This document shows positions 9,465 through 19,428 of a stretch of 64,000 bases of DNA, piece after piece. Positions within the stretch are counted from its first letter, which is position 1, and each line of letters begins with the position of its first letter. The notes below the pieces were generated by a model. The model was not told the DNA's origin, searched no databases, and saw nothing but the letters and a program-made list of their open reading frames with translations. Position numbers and translations under genes: made by a program. Origin of the DNA: a virus (lineage: Duplodnaviria > Caudoviricetes); IMG/VR virus record IMGVR_UViG_3300033066_001786, positions 32,001 through 96,000 of that record; one strand, written 5' to 3'.

Positions 9465-10481
9465 GTGATAATAGACGACCTTAAAAATCATATAACTTCT
9501 CGTGTACCGGGTCTTAAAGATTCTAAGCGATGGAAAAAAGCAAATTGCCCTGTTTGTAGTTTGCGAGGGGAATCTATTGACAAAAGAAGAAGGTTCGGTG
9601 TTATTTTTCAAGATGATAAAGTAGGTCTCCATTGTTTCAATTGTAAGTTCAAAGCCAGATATACCAACGGAGAGCACATATCTAAAGATATGTGCTGGTT
9701 CTTATCCGCAGTAGGTGTTGATTTCCATGAAATAGAAAGATTGAAATTTAATTCAAATCATCAACTATATAAGAATGGTTCTGTTTTAATTAAAAGAGAT
9801 AAAAAAAATATAGCCGATGCATGGGGAGAAATTTTATTACCTGAAGGTGCTAATACTTTAGAAAATTTAGCCATATCTGATTGTCAGGATGCTAAATTTA
9901 TAGAAGTGTGTGCTTATGTGATAAATAGAAAGCTCACCTGCTTTGATAAATTAATGTGGACACCGTCCTCGGAACATAACTTAGATCGTAAATTAATGAT
10001 CCCATGTTATTATAAAGATAAGACGTGCGGATACATTGCAAGGTCTTTAACTACAACCACTAAAAACATACCTAAATATTTTAAATCTGTGCCTGATAAT
10101 TTTGTATTTAATTTAGATGCACAACAAGGTAGAAAATATTGTATTTTAAGTGAAGGTGCCCTAGATGCATTAGTAACCGAAGGCATAAGTTGCCTGGGAA
10201 ATAATATAAATCAAGATCAAGCAGACTTAATAAATTCTATGGGAGTTAGTATTATTGTTTGCCCTGACAGGGAAGAATCCGGACAAGGGTTAGTTGACAT
10301 TGCCTTAAAAAACGACTGGGCAGTAAGTTTTCCAAAGTGGGAGAACAATATAAAAGATGCTGCCGAAGCAAATGCAAAATACGGTAAACTGTATACGATA
10401 AAGAGTATACTAGACGGTGCAGAGAATAATAAATTAAAAATAAATGTATTGAGAAAATTGGAGAAGAATAGGTGGAAATAA
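9465..10481 (+). CDS. DnaG/gp61-type DNA primase
   Basis: Zn ribbon CPVC...HCFNC, GYIARS, PKY, TOPRIM EGALDAL and PDRE, KDA. Confidence 0.88.
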   Translation: MIIDDLKNHITSRVPGLKDSKRWKKANCPVCSLRGESIDKRRRFGVIFQDDKVGLHCFNCKFKARYTNGEHISKDMCWFLSAVGVDFHEIERLKFNSNHQLYKNGSVLIKRDKKNIADAWGEILLPEGANTLENLAISDCQDAKFIEVCAYVINRKLTCFDKLMWTPSSEHNLDRKLMIPCYYKDKTCGYIARSLTTTTKNIPKYFKSVPDNFVFNLDAQQGRKYCILSEGALDALVTEGISCLGNNINQDQADLINSMGVSIIVCPDREESGQGLVDIALKNDWAVSFPKWENNIKDAAEANAKYGKLYTIKSILDGAENNKLKINVLRKLEKNRWK

Positions 10482-11857
10482 AGAAATATACAAAAGAAGT
10501 GGAAGATTTATTTATACAATTTTTTATAACAGATCCTGAGATATTCGTAAGGTGTATAGGTATATTAGATAAAGATCATTTCCAAGACCCAACAAATAAA
10601 AAAACCATAGAGTTCATGAAAGAGCATTGCAAGACATACTCTAGGTTACCAACACACGAACAGATGTTTGCCATTACGGGCAAAACAGTAGAAAAAATAC
10701 AAGAGTACGACCCCTCTTACTCTGATTGGTGTTTATTGGAATTTGAAGAATTTTCACGTTACCGTCAGATGGAAAAAGTAATATATAAAGCACCGGATAT
10801 GATTGCAGAAGGAAGGTACGGCGAAGTAGAGAAGCAAATAAAGGATGCAGTGTCAATAGGTCTTGTTAAGGACTTAGGCACGGACTATTTTAGCGACCCG
10901 ATTGCCAGGTTAACAGCTATCCGCGATAATAAGTCGATGATATCCACTGGCTGGAAAACAGTTGATAAAATACTGTATGGCGGGCTTAATAGGGGAGAGC
11001 TAACTATATTTTGTGCGCAATCGGGGCACGGAAAGAGCATTTATTTGCAGAATCTAGCTGTTAACTATGCACAGCAGGGGCTGAATGTAGTTTACATTAC
11101 ACTGGAGCTTAGTGAAAACCTTTGTTCTATGCGTTTAGACGCTATGACTACTGGATATGCAACTACAGAAATTATGAGAAACATGGAAGATGTTGCCCTT
11201 AAGGTATCAAGCTTTAAGAAAAGACACGGTGGCACATTGCGCATAAAGCAGTTAAAGAATAACTGCACATCTAATGATATTAAAGCATATATCAAAGAAT
11301 ATGAAACACAAACTAAAGTTAAAGTCGATGTTATTATAGTTGATTATTTAGATTTGTGTATGCCGTCTGATATACGTATATCCCCTTCTGATTTGTTTGT
11401 TAAGGACAAGTATGTAAGTGAGAATTTAAGGGCATTAGCGATAGAGCTAAATGTCATCTTACTTACAGCGAGTCAATTAAACCGTTCTGCCGGCGAATCA
11501 ATCGAATTTGGCCAACATCACATAGCAGGTGGCAAGTCTAAGATAGATACAGCAGATAATGTAATAGCCATATTTACAACAGCAGCAATGAAAGAACAAG
11601 GCAGATATCAATTACAGTTTATTAAGACTCGTTCGAGTTCAGGTGTGGGTACGTTTTTAGATATGATATTTAATACTAAAACCCTAAGAGTTGAAGATAT
11701 GCCGGAAGGTGCACCTGGATCGGTAGCGATGCAAACTACAAATGTATTAGATACGTTAAAAAGAAACAATAATATGGTTTCTAAAACAGAAGAAAAGGAC
11801 AAAAGCCCATTAAAAGGTGCAATGGATTTGCAAAGCATACTACGTAATATTAAATAA
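10472..11857 (+). CDS. Replicative helicase (gp41/DnaB-like)
   Basis: ISTGW, AQSGHGKS, YITLEL, IVDYLDL, TASQLNR, KTRSS. Confidence 0.93.
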   Translation: MEIKKYTKEVEDLFIQFFITDPEIFVRCIGILDKDHFQDPTNKKTIEFMKEHCKTYSRLPTHEQMFAITGKTVEKIQEYDPSYSDWCLLEFEEFSRYRQMEKVIYKAPDMIAEGRYGEVEKQIKDAVSIGLVKDLGTDYFSDPIARLTAIRDNKSMISTGWKTVDKILYGGLNRGELTIFCAQSGHGKSIYLQNLAVNYAQQGLNVVYITLELSENLCSMRLDAMTTGYATTEIMRNMEDVALKVSSFKKRHGGTLRIKQLKNNCTSNDIKAYIKEYETQTKVKVDVIIVDYLDLCMPSDIRISPSDLFVKDKYVSENLRALAIELNVILLTASQLNRSAGESIEFGQHHIAGGKSKIDTADNVIAIFTTAAMKEQGRYQLQFIKTRSSSGVGTFLDMIFNTKTLRVEDMPEGAPGSVAMQTTNVLDTLKRNNNMVSKTEEKDKSPLKGAMDLQSILRNIK

Positions 11858-11863
11858 GTTTTT

Positions 11864-11871
11864 GATAAATA
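11864..11871 (+). promoter_or_regulatory. Late promoter motif GATAAATA, 4 nt before the ATG
   Basis: tttgataaatactagATG. Confidence 0.7.
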
Positions 11872-11875
11872 CTAG

Positions 11876-12484
11876 ATGCGACTACAAGACCTAATATGTG
11901 AATCTACAAATCAACCGTTAGTTATAGTTGATATACAGCCTGCTTATAGTAAATATATTGGCTTTAATATTCATCAGTTTTTTTCCTTTGTGGGCAACTA
12001 TAAGGGAAAAATTCTGTGGATGTACAATTCCGAAGAAGAAGGTTTTACCGAAGATAGTCAACATTCTATGGTTGAATGGCTATATGATAACAACCTTGAT
12101 ATACACGAACATAGTAATATTAAACTATTCTCTAAAGGGTATGGTAATTTTAGAAGTTGGATAGATTACGGTATAGACGACGATATAATAATTCAAGTTA
12201 TACGGGAATTAGTTGCCCAGAACAAAAACGATAGTAGAGAATTATTCGGCCGAGATGAAGACAAAATAGATAAATATTTCGCTGCATTAGGTATGGCAGA
12301 AGATGATATACAGATGGCAAAAGACGATGCTATTCATTTAGCTTATGTGTGTATTCCTACGTTAAAATCTTATAATAATTGTACTTTAGTTGGCGGCGGT
12401 AGAAATGAGTGCCTAGCAGAAATGGTTCTTTTGTTTGACGCACTAAGAATTAAATACAAACTTTTAAATCAATTCATATACTAA
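11876..12484 (+). CDS. Isochorismatase/nicotinamidase-like cysteine hydrolase
   Basis: LVIVDIQ (Asp), SKGYG (Lys), VGGGRNECL (Cys) triad pattern. Confidence 0.65.
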   Translation: MRLQDLICESTNQPLVIVDIQPAYSKYIGFNIHQFFSFVGNYKGKILWMYNSEEEGFTEDSQHSMVEWLYDNNLDIHEHSNIKLFSKGYGNFRSWIDYGIDDDIIIQVIRELVAQNKNDSRELFGRDEDKIDKYFAALGMAEDDIQMAKDDAIHLAYVCIPTLKSYNNCTLVGGGRNECLAEMVLLFDALRIKYKLLNQFIY

Positions 12485-12491
12485 GGCTATA

Positions 12492-12728
12492 ATGAAAGGC
12501 ACAATATTTGAAGAATTAAGTAAATATGTACCTACTAAATCGTTAAGCGATGCAGTTGAAGCTAAAGCCAACCACATTATTGTATCTGCTATTAATTTAA
12601 TAGAGTACATATATGAGAATTTCCCCGAAGAACAAGCACAGTTAATGGAAAAGCGTTTCTTTAGTAGTATTAAAGGAAAGGATCCTGCTAGATTTAAAAG
12701 GGCATCCAAATTAGATAAAGGTGAATAA
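12492..12728 (+). CDS. Hypothetical protein (late cluster)
   Basis: ORF in late operon. Confidence 0.65.
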   Translation: MKGTIFEELSKYVPTKSLSDAVEAKANHIIVSAINLIEYIYENFPEEQAQLMEKRFFSSIKGKDPARFKRASKLDKGE

Positions 12729-13049
12729 GTGGCTGAGATCTTAAACCCTAAAGTTAGAGAATTAATAAAAGGCTGGTTACTCTATTTAAAGACTAACAAC
12801 ATAGGCGAACCCGAAGATACCGATTTGAAGAAATATCTTTCGACTAAGGGATATGATGCAAAGTTATTGGATAATTTAATTGCTAAGTTACCCGAAAAGA
12901 AACCAGAAATTGGAAACGAACCTCAACCAGAAGAAAATAAAGAGGTGGAATTAAATCCTGTGCAGAAAAGTTTACTTGGCAAGTTAGATGGTTTTTTCAG
13001 AAGTCTTAAATTGGACGACTTAAAGGCTATCATGAAGGGGCTTCAATGA
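12729..13049 (+). CDS. Hypothetical protein (late cluster)
   Basis: GTG start after AAGGTG. Confidence 0.6.
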   Translation: MAEILNPKVRELIKGWLLYLKTNNIGEPEDTDLKKYLSTKGYDAKLLDNLIAKLPEKKPEIGNEPQPEENKEVELNPVQKSLLGKLDGFFRSLKLDDLKAIMKGLQ

Positions 13050-14488
13050 AAGAACATTTATTATTAATAGAACACTTTGAAGATTTAAATCGTATAGATC
13101 TTATTATAAACGAATCTTTTTTAGTAGAATATAATTCTCACACTACTTTAAATATTGCAGAAATAGAAGAGATATTCAAAGCCGCTGCCAAGTATGTTGA
13201 AAACGGTGCAGTGCAAGATGTTATTGCGGGCACTAAAGCACAATCTAAAAAAGTATACGATTCTATTAAAAATAAAATATCTCAACATAAAACAAATAAG
13301 CAAGACAAAGCTTTTTTAGTTGACTTAAAGAGAATATCTCCGGATTTAAAAAAGAAAATCGTGCAAGATGGACTGAGCGGAAATTTACCAACCATAGTGA
13401 CTAAGCTTGAAAATTTAGTAACTGCCGATGTCACACAAGCACCTATGGTTTATTCTCTTTTAAAGAGTGTAGATGCCGCATTAGAAGACGGCAACGTTGA
13501 TTATGCAAAAGATGCGCTTGTGCAAATGGCCAAAGATTACCTGGGAGAATCTGTAGTATTAAAAGAAGGGCCTGCAAGCTTGTTCCATACTTTAAAAAAG
13601 AATGTAAGGCTCAATCAAAAAAAGGCATCCTACGAACAAATTTTAAAATATTGGGAAAAAAGCGGAAGCCCAAGAGATAGTAATTCGATTATAAGTATGC
13701 TCGAAGAGTTGTTAGGATTAAGCAAAAACGAAATTGCAACGATATTTCAACGTGCAGGAAAAGTAGAAAGAAACGCCGATGCTAGATATTCTAATGTAGT
13801 AAATCGAATTAAAGATTCAGGAATTCAAAAACAAGCATACGATCTTGCAGATAAGATATTAAAAGACAAAGAGTCGGTTTTTTCTGAATCCTTAAATGAA
13901 ATGAAAATAGATAATGCAGATATTAGAAAACTATTTATTGAACTCGAACCTAACTCAACTGAATCTAAAGAACAGCTAGCAAAAGATAAAGAAAAAGCAC
14001 ATGTTGTTATGGGTAATTATGTTAAGAAGTGGAAAATTGCTTTTGATAAAATACAAGAAAAGAATCAAAAAATGCAAATGATAAAAGAAATAGTTAACTT
14101 CTTAGCAGATAGGCACGGCACTGCCGAGTGGCAAAACTATAGTAAATTTGTACAGAATTTAATAAAGCAAGAACAAACAGTAGGCGACAAAAAGGGATAC
14201 GATGCATTAAAAACTAGCCTGGGGTTAATTAATAAGATTAAGGATCCCGACGAAAGAAATAAACAGAAATCAAGGGTTATGTCTAAGATGAACTCTTTGC
14301 GGAAGTCTGCAAATTCCCAAGATGTACAATATAATGATTTTTTAAATGCTGCAATCGCATCTATTGCTGCTGGAAAATTAATGGAGTCTAAATTAGTAGT
14401 ACCTGGATCCGGTTTAGGACTAAAAGAGTTTTTTACATTATTAGTAGAATCAAGCAATAATATAAATTTAGGAAGATTTAAGAAATGA
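13046..14488 (+). CDS. Probable internal head protein
   Basis: Helical, K/E-rich; many (I/L)-x-E sites (IINES, VLKEG, SLNEM, LMES). Confidence 0.55.
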   Translation: MKEHLLLIEHFEDLNRIDLIINESFLVEYNSHTTLNIAEIEEIFKAAAKYVENGAVQDVIAGTKAQSKKVYDSIKNKISQHKTNKQDKAFLVDLKRISPDLKKKIVQDGLSGNLPTIVTKLENLVTADVTQAPMVYSLLKSVDAALEDGNVDYAKDALVQMAKDYLGESVVLKEGPASLFHTLKKNVRLNQKKASYEQILKYWEKSGSPRDSNSIISMLEELLGLSKNEIATIFQRAGKVERNADARYSNVVNRIKDSGIQKQAYDLADKILKDKESVFSESLNEMKIDNADIRKLFIELEPNSTESKEQLAKDKEKAHVVMGNYVKKWKIAFDKIQEKNQKMQMIKEIVNFLADRHGTAEWQNYSKFVQNLIKQEQTVGDKKGYDALKTSLGLINKIKDPDERNKQKSRVMSKMNSLRKSANSQDVQYNDFLNAAIASIAAGKLMESKLVVPGSGLGLKEFFTLLVESSNNINLGRFKK

Positions 14489-15357
14489 AAATGTTCGAAT
14501 CATTATTAGCAGAGTTTGAGAAAAGTTTAAAAGGCGATATTGTGAAAAGTAACCTACAAAAAGACCTTCCTAAGCCAATTAAAGAATACACAGGTTCTTT
14601 TGTAGGTCTTTATAGTAGAGCAATTAATCTTGCTGTAAGAAAAATAGAAACTGGGTTAGAAGAATACGAACGTATGTATGATGTTTCCGAGGAAGCTCTA
14701 CTAAACGATGAAGAATTTCAGCGCGATGTAGTTGACTTGACTTTAGAAGAAATTAACAAATCGTTTAGTAGCAACGATTGGTTTAATTATGACGATTTTA
14801 AAGAAGAAGTAATAGCCAAAGTTAAACAGGATCTTGGGATTATAGTCGAAGATCTAGCCCAGATGCCTAATAATGCATTAACGTCTTGGGTAGTAAATAA
14901 CATAGTAAAGGAAATTAAAACATACCATAACCCAAGTAACAGTTTAGTAGGTTTATTAAAATCTGACAAATTTAAAAATGATGTATTTTACCCATGGATA
15001 GAAGAAGCATTAAAAAAGCCACATCGGAGTAATCCAGCTTTTTGTAACGAAGTTATGGGAGAAGTACAGAAAAAACTTGGGTTAACAGAGGGATACGGTC
15101 GCCCTTCTAATATATACGGCAATTTTTTCAAAGACATTATTCATTTGCCTGCAGTTGCAAAAGTAGTTAAAGATCATGCAACGTCAAACGGGCATGCCTT
15201 TTTAGTTAGAACTAAAGACGGTAATGCATACGAGATAACAGTGACGCCTGCTGCATATGCTAAATATTTTGCCGATGCAAGAAAAGAAGAACAATATAAG
15301 AAAAGAAAAGAAGAAGAAAAACAAAAAGGTACTTTTTTTGGAAAAAATGATAAATAA
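14485..15357 (+). CDS. Probable internal head protein
   Basis: MKMFESLLAE N-terminus; IKE, IVE and LTE sites between modules. Confidence 0.55.
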   Translation: MKMFESLLAEFEKSLKGDIVKSNLQKDLPKPIKEYTGSFVGLYSRAINLAVRKIETGLEEYERMYDVSEEALLNDEEFQRDVVDLTLEEINKSFSSNDWFNYDDFKEEVIAKVKQDLGIIVEDLAQMPNNALTSWVVNNIVKEIKTYHNPSNSLVGLLKSDKFKNDVFYPWIEEALKKPHRSNPAFCNEVMGEVQKKLGLTEGYGRPSNIYGNFFKDIIHLPAVAKVVKDHATSNGHAFLVRTKDGNAYEITVTPAAYAKYFADARKEEQYKKRKEEEKQKGTFFGKNDK

Positions 15358-15379
15358 ATATGTAATCGGAAAAACCGAT
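15349..15379 (+). promoter_or_regulatory. Late promoter GATAAATA (15349-15356) followed by a small 5' hairpin ATCGG-AAAAA-CCGAT
   Basis: Read directly; strong AGGAG SD follows. Confidence 0.65.
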
Positions 15380-15402
15380 ATAAAGTTTAGGAGAATATAA
15401 AA

Positions 15403-15750
15403 ATGGCATCAGCTACAAAAGCAACTTGGGCAGTCCCACAGGATTTGGCCGGTTCTATCGATCACTTGGTTATTACTGTTACTGGCGGCACCGGCGACAT
15501 GACTACTTCTGCAGATTTAGGCGCAGTATTGCGTATTATTCAACAACGTGCTACTACTGTTTTAGCTTATTCACCGTCTGCTTTAATTTTGTATGTAGGC
15601 TTAGAAAATGCAGGCAACCATGCTTGGTTGGTAACTGCAGACGCTGGCGGCGCACACACCGATTCTGGTTCTTTAGCTAACCAAATCAAAGGCGCAATGA
15701 CTGGTTCTTCTGCTGTTACAGTTGTACGCGGTAACTACAAAGTAGCATAA
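15403..15750 (+). CDS. Small Ala/Gly/Thr-rich virion structural protein
   Basis: Own late promoter, strong SD and terminator; composition. Confidence 0.6.
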   Translation: MASATKATWAVPQDLAGSIDHLVITVTGGTGDMTTSADLGAVLRIIQQRATTVLAYSPSALILYVGLENAGNHAWLVTADAGGAHTDSGSLANQIKGAMTGSSAVTVVRGNYKVA

Positions 15751-15761
15751 TAACTACTTTA

Positions 15762-15789
15762 AAGAAAAGGCGCATATGCGCCTTTTCTT
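15762..15789. terminator. Bidirectional intrinsic terminator
   Basis: Perfect 28-bp palindrome AAGAAAAGGCGCATATGCGCCTTTTCTT. Confidence 0.85.
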
Positions 15790-15835
15790 ATGACTTAAGA
15801 ATCAGATAAATAGTACAAACTTAGAATTAAAGCAT

Positions 15836-16303
15836 ATGTTTAATGTTTGTAAATCAGAATCATTTCAGACCCTGTCTAACGATGTTGAAAGTTATATTGT
15901 TTATACAGTGTGTAGGGGAATATTAAATAAAGACTTTGCAAAATCAGGTGTAGACATCGGAGTCACAGGTAACATCAGAGACACATCGCAAAAGAATTTT
16001 GAAATATTAATACAGTCTGTTGGACTAAGAGCAATGCCTGTTGCAATGACAGATCCGATCATTACTAGTGATTTAGCAATGGCCGGATCTAAGTCGTTTA
16101 ACGGCGAAGGTTATGTATGGAAATTTTCAGTTGACCAAAAAGAAGTTTTTGTGTCAGAAGACAATAATGTGATAAATAATGTTGGGCTTCTAATTGAAGA
16201 AATAAACGGTATAGTTTTAGCAGACGGGACTGTACTTTCAACTAAAGGCAAGTCTAAAAACATCGAGTTTAGAAAATTGGAGGTTAATAGTGGGAATCAA
16301 TGA
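15836..16303 (+). CDS. Late hypothetical/virion protein
   Basis: GATAAATA at 15805-15812 upstream. Confidence 0.65.
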   Translation: MFNVCKSESFQTLSNDVESYIVYTVCRGILNKDFAKSGVDIGVTGNIRDTSQKNFEILIQSVGLRAMPVAMTDPIITSDLAMAGSKSFNGEGYVWKFSVDQKEVFVSEDNNVINNVGLLIEEINGIVLADGTVLSTKGKSKNIEFRKLEVNSGNQ

Positions 16304-16847
16304 AGGTTTAACACAGATGATACCGAAGCAAGAAAACGAGTTAATGTCTAGATTGACTTTAATGTTCGGTGTACCTGAAGAAAAAATAAGAAAGCTAGTA
16401 TCTTATTTAGATTTCTCTGATTATATAGAACTTGCAAATGCAGTAGAAGCAGAAGACAAAAAGAAAGTATTACGCATATTAGGTGTCGGTGAAAAAATAC
16501 AAGAAATAAGTGCAGACCCGTACCAAAAAGTAGACACTACGCCGCAAAAAACATCAGATAATACAACTACCGACAAAAAACAAGAACAACCTAACTCGAA
16601 TAGTGAGAGTAACGGTGACTTAACTATTAAAGCAGACAAACTTGCAGGTTTAAACCCAGATGAAAAGAAAGAGTTAGAAGATATTAAAAAACTCGCTGGT
16701 CTTCCAACAGACGAAGTAAACGAGACAGCAACAATGGGTGCTATAACACACGGTGCAATGTCCGGTGCAGTAATGCCATTGAACAAACTAAAGAGATTAA
16801 CACATGTCGACAAAAAACCTGGACCAAAAACAGGAAATAAAAAATAA
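16290..16847 (+). CDS. Probable virion protein
   Basis: GGAGG SD; IKKLAGL and VNET motifs. Confidence 0.55.
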   Translation: MGINEGLTQMIPKQENELMSRLTLMFGVPEEKIRKLVSYLDFSDYIELANAVEAEDKKKVLRILGVGEKIQEISADPYQKVDTTPQKTSDNTTTDKKQEQPNSNSESNGDLTIKADKLAGLNPDEKKELEDIKKLAGLPTDEVNETATMGAITHGAMSGAVMPLNKLKRLTHVDKKPGPKTGNKK

Positions 16848-17229
16848 ACTATTAAAGTCTTTTGATGATTCAATCGATACAGTAATACGCGGTGTTTTTT
16901 CTTTTAAAGAAGGAAAAATAGAAAACAAAGATTATAAAGTTGTTAAAAAGAAAGGGTACTATTTAGTATATTACTGCGGGACAACACATTACGGTATAAT
17001 ATACAGTAAATGTTTTGCAGAAAAATTAGTATCTGTTTTAAAAAGCGGTAAACGTGGCAAATTAAACGACCTTAATAAGTTAGGTAAAGACCTTAATAAG
17101 CACTATTTAGATATAGTTTTTTACAATCACAGGATTAGTAAAAAAGAAGATGCTGCTATATTCGAAACTAGAAAGGTAGAATCTATGCTACATATACAAG
17201 AAATCGAAGAAAGACTAAAATATTTCTAA
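16804..17229 (+). CDS. Hypothetical protein
   Basis: 141-aa ORF. Confidence 0.6.
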   Translation: MSTKNLDQKQEIKNKLLKSFDDSIDTVIRGVFSFKEGKIENKDYKVVKKKGYYLVYYCGTTHYGIIYSKCFAEKLVSVLKSGKRGKLNDLNKLGKDLNKHYLDIVFYNHRISKKEDAAIFETRKVESMLHIQEIEERLKYF

Positions 17230-17268
17230 ATTTGATAAATAATATAATAAAGTATCGTAAGGGCCAAG

Positions 17269-18702
17269 ATGCTATTAAATGACATTACTATAACTAATGA
17301 ACATAAAGTTGCGAAGATAAATACCTTTCTTAAGGAAAAGTATGGGTTTTCCTTACCAACTAATGCAAGTGTAGATAAACTTGAAGAAGCATATGATTAT
17401 TTAAAAAATAGTCTAGTTGACATGAAAAGAAGAAAAATGTCACCTAATGACCCAGATTATATTAAGGGCCTGCTTGTATTTGAAGGTGTACAAGTTCTAC
17501 TTGATAGGGAATATGTTAATAGCAACATACCTAATCGCACTTTTAGAAAAGTGATTACAGATTTAGTAGATAAAGGCATAAACTTAATACGCCTAGGCGA
17601 TACATTCAAAGAAGCCATGAATAGCTTAATGCGAGATTACAGATCGAGTATATATCGTTACAATGATTCCACTATCGAATCTGAAGTATCAAACGGATTA
17701 AAGGGTTTTTTTAAAAAAGAATTAGCAGAAATGGAAGCTGAACATATGCAAACAACAAATAATGAAATTTTAGAAAATGAATTACAATGCGGCGCAGAAG
17801 TCCAGCCCATATTAAACGACGAAGAACGCGATCAATTAATTGCAAATGACTATGTAATACACGATGTGTGTGTATTAGTTAAATTACTTGATTATTATAG
17901 CGACGAAATTAGCAGCTCAGGTATTGACGCAGCTGACACTGACGCCCTTATCGATTGTGTAAGAAGTTACTTAGCAAGAGATATCGGCGGGATGGAACAA
18001 GAAGCATATGATTACAGAAAAGAAGCACCGGTTAATAGAAAAGACAGAGAAGAGATATCCAGAGAAGTAAGAGATGCAGCCTCAGTATATTTAAAAAATA
18101 AAGATAGCAAGTTAAGTGTTATGGGTTTAGAACCAAAAACAGATGACGGACGTCAAACTTTTATACACCCTAAATTCATCAAGAAAGAAAGTATCGATGA
18201 ATCATATATTAAGAGAGTGCGCTCTTTACTTGAAAGCGAAGTGGGCCAAGCAGAAGTTTTAATGGCAGCAAAAGGCTTTGCTAAAGATTTGCAAGAAATG
18301 ATAGAAAAATTAGGAAGACTAGTTAACGAAGATTTAGGCCCGGTAGTTGATCAAATGAGAGAAACATACGGCATGGATGTTGCGGAACATTTTTCAGATA
18401 CTATGAGAAGCGATATGGACAGTGCTTTAGATTTGTTACTTTCGTTAAAAGACAATATTGAATTATCTGTACATAACATTGCAGACGGAGAATACAATTC
18501 CCAAGAAAACGACATGGATGTTATGCCTAGCAACGACAAAACAGATTTGAGTGTAGATTTAGGTGCTAACGCAGAGTTTGGCGATGATTTCGGCGATGTT
18601 TCAACTGAAGAACCATTAGGAAGACCAACTAAAGAATCAGTTGAACACTTAAGAGCACAAATTACCGAAATGAAAAATGCACTCAAAAAAGTCAAGAAAT
18701 AA
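17269..18702 (+). CDS. Probable head core/scaffold-like protein
   Basis: GATAAATA at 17234-17241; acidic coiled coil; LLESE, KESIDES and PLGRPTKES. Confidence 0.55.
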   Translation: MLLNDITITNEHKVAKINTFLKEKYGFSLPTNASVDKLEEAYDYLKNSLVDMKRRKMSPNDPDYIKGLLVFEGVQVLLDREYVNSNIPNRTFRKVITDLVDKGINLIRLGDTFKEAMNSLMRDYRSSIYRYNDSTIESEVSNGLKGFFKKELAEMEAEHMQTTNNEILENELQCGAEVQPILNDEERDQLIANDYVIHDVCVLVKLLDYYSDEISSSGIDAADTDALIDCVRSYLARDIGGMEQEAYDYRKEAPVNRKDREEISREVRDAASVYLKNKDSKLSVMGLEPKTDDGRQTFIHPKFIKKESIDESYIKRVRSLLESEVGQAEVLMAAKGFAKDLQEMIEKLGRLVNEDLGPVVDQMRETYGMDVAEHFSDTMRSDMDSALDLLLSLKDNIELSVHNIADGEYNSQENDMDVMPSNDKTDLSVDLGANAEFGDDFGDVSTEEPLGRPTKESVEHLRAQITEMKNALKKVKK

Positions 18703-19031
18703 TGAGACTATACGAGATCGATTCAGGTTATGATGTGTCTACTTTAAAAGTAGACACTGAATCGCTTCTTATGAACTTATTAGCGGATGGCGTTACAAAA
18801 GTTGATACTGCCAAAGTAGTAAATTATTTAAACCAATTAGGTAATACTGTTACTACTGATTCGATTCAATCTATATTACATGCAATACCTAATGTAGTAG
18901 AATCTAATAGCGAATATATTACGTTAGGTAACGACGAAGCAACTGGATCCGACGAAAATACCAAAGATGATAATGCAGATGCTGTAGAAAAGATGGCAAT
19001 AGATTCTGCAGAAAAGAGTATAAACAAATGA
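18702..19031 (+). CDS. Probable virion protein (MRLYEI N-terminus)
   Basis: Late operon; acidic. Confidence 0.6.
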   Translation: MRLYEIDSGYDVSTLKVDTESLLMNLLADGVTKVDTAKVVNYLNQLGNTVTTDSIQSILHAIPNVVESNSEYITLGNDEATGSDENTKDDNADAVEKMAIDSAEKSINK

Positions 19032-19363
19032 GTTGCGAATCAAAAGGTTTTTTAACAGCAGTAGATGCACGTAGTTCATCTAGAGACTATCAGACAATTT
19101 TTTCTGAAATATGCACAATAGAGCATGCGATTTTAGATTCTGTTGATTCTAAGCTTTTTAGTGCATTAGTTGACCATAATAGTGCTTCTATTATGACTAC
19201 TGACGAAGCGTACTATAATTCCTATAATAAAATTTCTGTTAGTAGAGAAATCGACGACCAAATTCAATATGTTAGCAGCTATTTTACTTCACTCGGTTAC
19301 ACTTTTAGAATACAAACAGACCCAAGCACAACAAATACACTTCAATGGTATATCTCCTGGTAA
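19028..19363 (+). CDS. Probable virion protein
   Basis: Late operon; ends LGY...TLQWYISW. Confidence 0.55.
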   Translation: MSCESKGFLTAVDARSSSRDYQTIFSEICTIEHAILDSVDSKLFSALVDHNSASIMTTDEAYYNSYNKISVSREIDDQIQYVSSYFTSLGYTFRIQTDPSTTNTLQWYISW

Positions 19364-19428
19364 TTTAGAAATTTGCTTGTTTTATTTTGTTTAAACTGTA
19401 TAATTTATACAAATAAGAAGAAAAACAA

